A program made the position numbers and the translations under genes. The notes under the pieces were generated by a model. It worked only from the letters and a program-made list of their open reading frames with translations. It had not been told where the DNA came from and did no database searches. Below are positions 34,867 to 40,646 of a stretch of 40,646 nt of DNA, piece by piece (the stretch's first letter is position 1; each line of letters starts with the position of its first letter). Source of the DNA: a virus (lineage: Duplodnaviria; Caudoviricetes); IMG/VR virus record IMGVR_UViG_3300042346_000744, positions 1 to 40,646 of that record. One strand, 5' to 3'.

Positions 34867-37290
34867 ATGGCTAAAAAGATCGATTTTGCCGCGATTAACC
34901 GCGCGGCCCTGGGTCAGTTTACGCTGTTGTTGGCGGAGTGGATCCCAGGCGGCAAGGTTTGCGGGGCTGAGTACCAAGGGCTGAATCCGACGCGCGGCGA
35001 TACTAATAAGGGATCGTTTAGTGTCAATATCATCAAGGGCGTTTGGTCGGATTTTGCGACCGGTGAAGCGGGATCAGATCCGATTAGTTTGTATGCCTAT
35101 CTGTTTTGCAATGATGATCAAGGCGAAGCGGGCAAGGCGTTGGCTGAGCGGTTTGGGATTGAGTGTAAGAAGCCGACACGCGGACCGGAAGCCCAAGCAC
35201 GGCAAGCGACTAAAGCACGGGTACCCGTTGAATCTAAACCGGGGAATGATTCGCCCTGGCATCCTATTATGCCGCCTGCGGTGTGTGCCGACGCGCCTAA
35301 AGCGCATCCTGTACGCGGGTTGCCTGAGCGAGTTTGGACGTATAGGGGATTATCCGGCGAGCTGCTGGGGTTTGTGTATCGGTTTACGAATAGCACTGGC
35401 GGTAAGGAGATTTTGCCGCTGACGTGGTGCGAGCACGAAACCAGCAAAAAACAAGAGTGGCGCTGGATGCAATGGGCGGTACCGCGTCCTCTTTATGGTT
35501 TGGAGCGGTTGACGGTGGCGGATGTGGATGATCCCAAACATTTGGCGACTGTGTTGATTGTGGAAGGGGAAAAGTGCGCGGATGAGGCGGCGGCCCATTT
35601 GCCCGCGTTGGCAGTTTTAACCTGGTCCGGTGGCAGTAAGGCGGTTGATAAGGCGGATTGGTCGGTATTGGCTGGGCGCAAGGTGATTATTTGGCCGGAT
35701 TGTGATGCGCAAAAAGATAAGGCCGGGGTGATTAAGCCCGAGTCTGAGCAACCGGGGATTGTGGCCGCGCAGAAGGTGGCGGGGATTTTGACAGGGCTTA
35801 ACTGCAAGGTGTGGTTGATGTCGATCCCTAAACCCGGTGAAAAGCCGAGCGGTTGGGATGTGGCCGATGCGATAGCTGAAGGGATGCACGGCGAATTGTT
35901 AGAGCAGTACATTAGGACGCAATCGGTCTGGTTTTCTGGCTCTGAAAACATTAAAAATACTACGGTTAATGACGAGGCAAAACAGCTTTCTACCCCTAAT
36001 GCCGCTTGCGCTGGCGGCGGGGGTTCTGGCGATGTTCCGAATGTCGCTGGCGATTGGCTCACGTCGTTAAAAATGAAGACGCGCGGCGGTATTGAGCCGT
36101 GCATGGCGAATATTGCAAAGATTTTGCGCGGCCATCCAACCTGGGCCGGAGTTATTGGGTTTAATGATTTCAGCAAAGAGATTGAGAAGTTAAAGCCGAC
36201 CCCTTGGGGCGATGTAGGGCCTTGGCAAAATATCGATGATTTGCGGCTGTGTGAGTGGCTTGCTGATTTTGATATTACGATTAAAGCCACTTCTATGATC
36301 AGTGAAGCCGTGTCGTTGGCTGCTGATGACAATAAATATCATCCGGTCAGGGAATGGCTTGACCAGTTGCCTGCCTGGGATGGTACGTCTCGTTTAGCCT
36401 GTTATTTAGCTGACATTACCGGCTCTGCTAGTACGCCTTATTTAGAGCGGGCTGGGCGGTGGTTTGTGATGGCTATGGTTGCGCGTATTTATCAGCCTGG
36501 GGTTAAGTTTGACTATGCGTTGGTATTAGAAGGGGCACAGGGTCAAGGCAAGTCGTCATTTTTTAGGGTGCTGGCTGATCCTTGGTTTTCTGAGACGTCT
36601 TTTGAGATTGGCAGCAATGAGGGCGTGATGTCTATTCAGGGCACGTGGCTGCATGAAATGGCAGAAATGGGGCAGATGGCACGGGCTGAGGATACTGCGT
36701 TTAAGTCTTTTTTGGCGTATCAGAAGGATAAGTTTAGACGGCCTTATGACCGTCGCCCGCAAGATGTGCCGCGCGTGTGTTTGTTCGGTGGCACGACCAA
36801 TCTGGATCAGTATTTTAAGGATCACACGGGGAACCGTCGAATTTGGCCGGTGCGCTGTGATTATGTGGATACGGCGCTATTAACTGAGATACGAGAGCAG
36901 CTATTTGCTGAGGCGATTGTCGCGTTTAAGGCGGGCGAACGCTTCTGGCCAATTCGCGAAGAAGAGAAGCTTTATTTTGAGCCTGAGCAGGAAGCGCGGA
37001 TGCCTGTGGACGGATGGGAAGAGTTAATAGCCCGATTTGTGTATGACCCTGATAACCGGCTGAGAAACTTTTTTACAGCGCCTGTGCTGCTGATGGAAGC
37101 GTGCAAGGTGGAGAAGTCCAAGATAGACGAAGGGAACCGCATGACGGCCCGTGTGGGGCGGATTATGAAGCGGTTAGGTTGGGAACGAGACAGGGAACCG
37201 TCTGGGCGATATCGCAGTTATGGCTATGTGCGGCCACCTGATCAGCGGGTGATTAAAGAGGTTTTTAGCAATCTGCCTGAGGAATATTAA
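34867..37290 (+). CDS. Primase (TOPRIM)-helicase (VirE/VapE-like) fusion replication protein
   Basis: TOPRIM LIVEGEKCAD and IIWPDCD; Walker A LEGAQGQGKSS; GTTN and DHTGNRRIWPV motifs. Confidence 0.88.
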   Translation: MAKKIDFAAINRAALGQFTLLLAEWIPGGKVCGAEYQGLNPTRGDTNKGSFSVNIIKGVWSDFATGEAGSDPISLYAYLFCNDDQGEAGKALAERFGIECKKPTRGPEAQARQATKARVPVESKPGNDSPWHPIMPPAVCADAPKAHPVRGLPERVWTYRGLSGELLGFVYRFTNSTGGKEILPLTWCEHETSKKQEWRWMQWAVPRPLYGLERLTVADVDDPKHLATVLIVEGEKCADEAAAHLPALAVLTWSGGSKAVDKADWSVLAGRKVIIWPDCDAQKDKAGVIKPESEQPGIVAAQKVAGILTGLNCKVWLMSIPKPGEKPSGWDVADAIAEGMHGELLEQYIRTQSVWFSGSENIKNTTVNDEAKQLSTPNAACAGGGGSGDVPNVAGDWLTSLKMKTRGGIEPCMANIAKILRGHPTWAGVIGFNDFSKEIEKLKPTPWGDVGPWQNIDDLRLCEWLADFDITIKATSMISEAVSLAADDNKYHPVREWLDQLPAWDGTSRLACYLADITGSASTPYLERAGRWFVMAMVARIYQPGVKFDYALVLEGAQGQGKSSFFRVLADPWFSETSFEIGSNEGVMSIQGTWLHEMAEMGQMARAEDTAFKSFLAYQKDKFRRPYDRRPQDVPRVCLFGGTTNLDQYFKDHTGNRRIWPVRCDYVDTALLTEIREQLFAEAIVAFKAGERFWPIREEEKLYFEPEQEARMPVDGWEELIARFVYDPDNRLRNFFTAPVLLMEACKVEKSKIDEGNRMTARVGRIMKRLGWERDREPSGRYRSYGYVRPPDQRVIKEVFSNLPEEY

Positions 37291-37362
37291 TGCGTAGCAT
37301 CCTCCCCACGCTCCCCTCCTGCGTGAGCGGATGCTACTCGAGCGGTTTTACTGGGCTGTAGA

Positions 37363-37656
37363 CGTCACAGTGTCACAGTAAAAAATAACCGTGACGGATT
37401 AACTGTGACGTCTGCAAGCCTTGCCGCCAAAGGGCTGCAGCGAATCCGTCACAGTGTCACAGTAAAAATTGATTTTTTCCATACGCGCGCGCGTGACGCG
37501 TGTATTTAGGTACGTACTGTTTACGTGTTTTTTTTTAATTGTTTTATGTATTTTTACTGTGACACTGTGACAAGAAGTAATAAAGGTAGATTTATCAAGG
37601 CTTGCAGACGTCACAGTCTTTTTAAAAACTGTGACGTATCTGTGACAAACCGTGAC
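37363..37656. repeat. Iteron-like putative replication origin
   Basis: About 13 GTCAC/GTGAC cores. 22-bp direct repeat (37363-37384, 37447-37468) with an inverted copy at 37551-37571. Perfect 22-bp inverted repeat 37402-37423 / 37596-37617. Central CG run and T-rich tract. Confidence 0.75.
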
Positions 37657-37776
37657 AAGTCATTTAATTTTGAAAGAGGTGTTTATGTTTTGTGCTGAAT
37701 GTAAGTATTTTGTGGGGTATGTAGGAACTGATCGAGGTGATTACGATGCCAAAGATCAATCGGAGGGATAAGCAGC

Positions 37777-38325
37777 ATGCCTAACCCTGAATTGATTTCA
37801 TTACTGACGGCTGGATCTGCGTTGTTTAAAGACGAGATAAGGCATCAGCCGAATAACGGTGTGGTGTTGTCGCGTTGTGAGCTGGCTGGGTATTTATCCG
37901 GCTTGACGCATGGGGCTACGCTGATGGCCTATGCTAAGTGGGGAAACGATGAACAGGCTATGCGGCATCTGATTGCCTGGGTGCGTGTCATAGCGGCAGG
38001 CATGGCCGTTGAGCAGGGCTGGCCGGTTGAGCGGGGTAAGCCTGTGATTTGCAACCTGGCCGCGATTGCGGCTTATGAAGTGGTCATGCCCATGGTGCAT
38101 GATGTTTGTGAGGGGCGTGGTCAGGTTGGGTTTAAAACCTGTAACGGTTGCGGTGGTACCGGCAGGAAAGCGTTATCGAGTCGGCAGGTTCAAGAGGCGG
38201 TTGGGATTGAGCGTAATCTTTGGCGTCGGCAGTGGGAAGGCCGCTATCGGCAGATTGTTAGGGCGGTGGTTGAGTTGGATGCTGAGGTGCAGCGGGGTAA
38301 TGGGGGTTTTAAGGCGGTTGGATAA
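37777..38325 (+). CDS. Late antiterminator Q-like protein
   Basis: HDVCEGRG...CNGCGGTG zinc finger; upstream of a promoter-terminator pair and terS. Confidence 0.72.
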   Translation: MPNPELISLLTAGSALFKDEIRHQPNNGVVLSRCELAGYLSGLTHGATLMAYAKWGNDEQAMRHLIAWVRVIAAGMAVEQGWPVERGKPVICNLAAIAAYEVVMPMVHDVCEGRGQVGFKTCNGCGGTGRKALSSRQVQEAVGIERNLWRRQWEGRYRQIVRAVVELDAEVQRGNGGFKAVG

Positions 38326-38342
38326 TATTTGTTTGATCTGGA

Positions 38343-38415
38343 GTCGTGACGGCGAATACAAATATAAAAACACATTTCTAAGCTGCCTGTGCGGCGGCAA
38401 ATCTGCCGTCACGAC
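38343..38415 (-). ncRNA. Predicted ~73-nt sRNA containing the solitary repeat (Racr-like)
   Basis: 11-bp terminal inverted repeat (38343-38353 / 38405-38415). Extended -10 TGcTATACT at 38430-38422 puts +1 at about 38415. Confidence 0.65.
38375..38402 (-). CRISPR. Solitary type I-F CRISPR repeat (no array, no cas genes)
   Basis: Minus strand ATTTGCCGCCGCACAGGCAGCTTAGAAA versus the canonical I-F repeat GTTCACTGCCGCACAGGCAGCTTAGAAA: 24 of 28 identical, last 21 nt exact. Confidence 0.85.
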
Positions 38416-38462
38416 GTATTGAGTATAGCAAATATTTTATAGGTTATTTATAAAGTCAACAT

Positions 38463-38491
38463 TTGACATTGACCCAAAAACCGGTTATAAA
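38463..38491 (+). promoter_or_regulatory. Late promoter pR'
   Basis: TTGACA, 17 bp, TATAAA, downstream of Q. Confidence 0.78.
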
Positions 38492-38504
38492 TTCCCAAAA
38501 TAGC

Positions 38505-38540
38505 AAAAGCCTGCCCGGAAACGGAGCGGGCTTTTTTTTT
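38505..38540 (+). terminator. tR'-like intrinsic terminator
   Basis: GCCTGC-CCG-GAAA-CGG-A-GCGGGC stem with a GNRA loop, followed by T9. Confidence 0.82.
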
Positions 38541-38598
38541 GGAAATTTTGCTATCCTTGCCACCTTCGCGATTGTAGCGCTTTTAATCAGGTGTTTTC

Positions 38599-39114
38599 AT
38601 GGCCCTTACAGACAAACAGCAATTGTTTGTTGACAATTATTTGACATCTTTAAATGCCACTCAGGCCGCTACTGCTGCGGGTTACAGTGGAAAAACAGCG
38701 AGAACCATCGGCAGCAAGTTGTTAACAAAAGTTGACATTCAGGTTGCTATTTCTGCGGCGATGGCTGAGCGTGGGGACCGGACTAAAATCACTCAAGACC
38801 GGGTTTTAACAGAAGTTGGGCGGATTGCTTTAGTCGATCCTCGGAAAGCGTTTGATAAAAACAACGCATTGTTGCCGGTTAATCAATGGCCTGATGAAAT
38901 TGCCGCCGCTATTTCATCCATCAAGATCAATGAATTGCGTAATTCTGACGGCGATTTGATTGGCGAAACTAAGGAAGTGAAGTTTTGGAGCAAACCTGAC
39001 GCCTTAATGTTGGCCGCGCGTCACTTAGGCATGCTGAATGACAAAGTCACGCTGGATGTGACGGATGAACTGGCCGACAGGCTGGCAAGGGCACGTAACA
39101 GGCTGAATGGATGA
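38599..39114 (+). CDS. terS: Terminase small subunit
   Basis: LTDKQQLFVDNYLTSLNATQAATAAGYSGKTA HTH and ARHLGM motif. Confidence 0.92.
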   Translation: MALTDKQQLFVDNYLTSLNATQAATAAGYSGKTARTIGSKLLTKVDIQVAISAAMAERGDRTKITQDRVLTEVGRIALVDPRKAFDKNNALLPVNQWPDEIAAAISSIKINELRNSDGDLIGETKEVKFWSKPDALMLAARHLGMLNDKVTLDVTDELADRLARARNRLNG

Positions 39115-40564
39115 AATTATTGCCCTCGCTGCCGAGTGTGACAAAGACCCGCAACGGTGGGCTTTATCGGCGTTTGATTGGGGCCATGGTCAACTTGCTA
39201 ATCATTCCGGCCCGCGACAATGGCAAGCCGAGATTAATGGGGTTATACGGGATCATCTAAGCAATCCTGAGACCCGATTCGAGCCGCTAAAAATTGCGGT
39301 GGCTTCCGGGCATGGTATCGGTAAGTCTGCAGAGCTGGGCATGTTGGTGAATTGGGCGTTATCGACCTGTGAAGACTGCAAAGTCGTTATCACAGCCAAC
39401 ACTGATAGCCAGCTTAAAACCAAAACCAGCCCAGAAATCGGGAAATGGCAGCGGTTATCGATTACTGCACCGTGGTTTGACGTACAAGCCACCAGTATCG
39501 CCAGCACGGACAAAGAGCACGGCAGGGAATGGCGGGCTAACTTTGTCACCTGGTCGAAAAACAATACTGAAGCGTTTGCCGGTTTGCATAACGAAGGCAA
39601 ACGGATCTTACTGATCTTTGATGAAGCGTCCGCTATCGATGATTCAGTGTGGGAAGTGGCTGAAGGCGCTTTAACCGATGCCAATACGGAAATTATCTGG
39701 ATTGTTTTCGGCAACCCCACTAGAAACAGCGGGGCATTTAGAGAATGTTTCCGCAAGAATCGCCATCGCTGGATTACCAAGCAAATCGATAGCCGCGATG
39801 TAGAAGGGACGAATAAAACGCAGCTGCAAAAAATGGTTGATGACCACGGTATTGATAGCGATATCGTCAAAGTGCGGGTTAGGGGCATGTTCCCCAGCTT
39901 ATCCGCCAAGCAGTTTATTGCTACGGATGATGTAGATGCGGCTTTACAACGACATTTAAGACCTGATCAATACACATTTGCCCCGGTTATTTTAACCTGT
40001 GATCCAGCCTGGGAAGGTGATGACGCATTAGTGATTGCGTTGCGGCAAGGCCTGTACTTTAAAGTGCTGCGGTCGATTGCAAAAAACGACAATGACATTC
40101 AAATCGCCAACATTTTGGCCACGCTGGAAGATGAACATAATGCCGACGCGGTGTTTATTGATGCGGGTTACGGTACCGGGATTGCTTCAGCGGGTTTAAC
40201 CATGGGGCGAGAATGGACGCTGGTTTGGTTTGGCAGCAAAGCTAGTGACCCTGGATGCCTGAATAAACGAGCGGAAATGTGGAAGCTGATGCGGGATTGG
40301 CTTAAATCTGGCGGTTGCTTGCCGGATGACAAAGAGTTGTATGACGATCTGATTAATCCTGAAACCGTGGCCAGCATGGATGGCAAGATCCAGTTAGAAA
40401 GCAAAGCCGATATGAAACAACGCGGGCTTCCATCACCCAACAAGGCCGATGCACTGGCTTTATCATTTGCGTTTCCGGTGTCTAAAAAATTCAAATCCCC
40501 ATTACCTGATCAACCGCGCGATATCCGGCGCGGGCATGATCCTTTTGCCATGATGAATGGATGA
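39107..40564 (+). CDS. terL: Terminase large subunit
   Basis: Walker A VASGHGIGKS, Walker B LLIFDEAS, FGNPTR, and nuclease motifs TCDPA and SPNKADAL. Confidence 0.94.
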   Translation: MDEIIALAAECDKDPQRWALSAFDWGHGQLANHSGPRQWQAEINGVIRDHLSNPETRFEPLKIAVASGHGIGKSAELGMLVNWALSTCEDCKVVITANTDSQLKTKTSPEIGKWQRLSITAPWFDVQATSIASTDKEHGREWRANFVTWSKNNTEAFAGLHNEGKRILLIFDEASAIDDSVWEVAEGALTDANTEIIWIVFGNPTRNSGAFRECFRKNRHRWITKQIDSRDVEGTNKTQLQKMVDDHGIDSDIVKVRVRGMFPSLSAKQFIATDDVDAALQRHLRPDQYTFAPVILTCDPAWEGDDALVIALRQGLYFKVLRSIAKNDNDIQIANILATLEDEHNADAVFIDAGYGTGIASAGLTMGREWTLVWFGSKASDPGCLNKRAEMWKLMRDWLKSGGCLPDDKELYDDLINPETVASMDGKIQLESKADMKQRGLPSPNKADALALSFAFPVSKKFKSPLPDQPRDIRRGHDPFAMMNG

Positions 40565-40646
40565 GTTGCATGAAAAAATATGTGTTTGGCCTATTGCCTA
40601 TCAAATTGTTGTGCGGCGGTGGATCGCCTAAAGCACCGCCACCCCC
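40520..40646. repeat. Terminal direct repeat, right copy
   Basis: Identical to 1-127. Confidence 0.95.

Noticed and set aside
35493-36332. 279-aa minus-strand ORF and similar long antisense ORFs (39253-39909, 19085-19606, 31993-32436)
   Set aside because: They lie opposite better-supported genes and show no recognisable motifs.
37520-37570. Origin T-rich tract as the target of the 32-nt pseudo-spacer
   Set aside because: Only a short low-complexity match (GTGTTTTT) with no CC PAM.
37685-37771. 28-aa ORF MFCAECKYF... with a GAGG RBS
   Set aside because: Too short to support; possibly a remnant of a Cys-rich gene.
38280-38460. A true CRISPR mini-array
   Set aside because: No second repeat, even degenerate, was found 32 nt up- or downstream, and there are no cas genes.
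40520-40646. 127-bp terminal repeat as a biological direct terminal repeat
   Set aside because: The length equals a common assembler k-mer and it falls within coding sequence at the terL junction, so it is best read as a circular overlap.

Overview
The window is a complete, circularly assembled temperate podophage genome: bases 40520-40646 repeat 1-127, giving about 40,519 unique bp. The architecture resembles BPP-1/epsilon15-type phages. A T7-like virion module (portal, scaffold, major capsid, cement, tail adaptor and nozzle, ejection proteins, tail fibre) is combined with a lambdoid control region (cI/cro with shared TAACA-N3-TGTTA operators, a PL early operon, a primase-helicase with an iteron origin, Q with pR'/tR', terS/terL). 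The tyrosine integrase sits next to an intact attP carrying a replacement 5' end of dusA, which suggests a proteobacterial host and integration into dusA. The most striking element is non-coding. Between Q and terS there is a solitary type I-F CRISPR repeat on the minus strand with its own extended -10 promoter. It is followed by exactly 32 nt and clamped by an 11-bp terminal stem, so it is a candidate RNA anti-CRISPR or permuted crRNA mimic, and there are no cas genes. Other candidate counter-defence or unusual cargo: a Gp49-family (Acb4-like) protein among the ejection genes, a cupin-SET fusion in the tail module, a 2635-aa polyvalent ejection protein whose AT-rich cassettes are joined at repeated [LF][YN]Q junctions, a CE4 deacetylase, an M15 endolysin displaced into the early operon, and a ~430-nt array of long RNA stems. 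All product calls come from motif recognition and synteny; no database searches were run.
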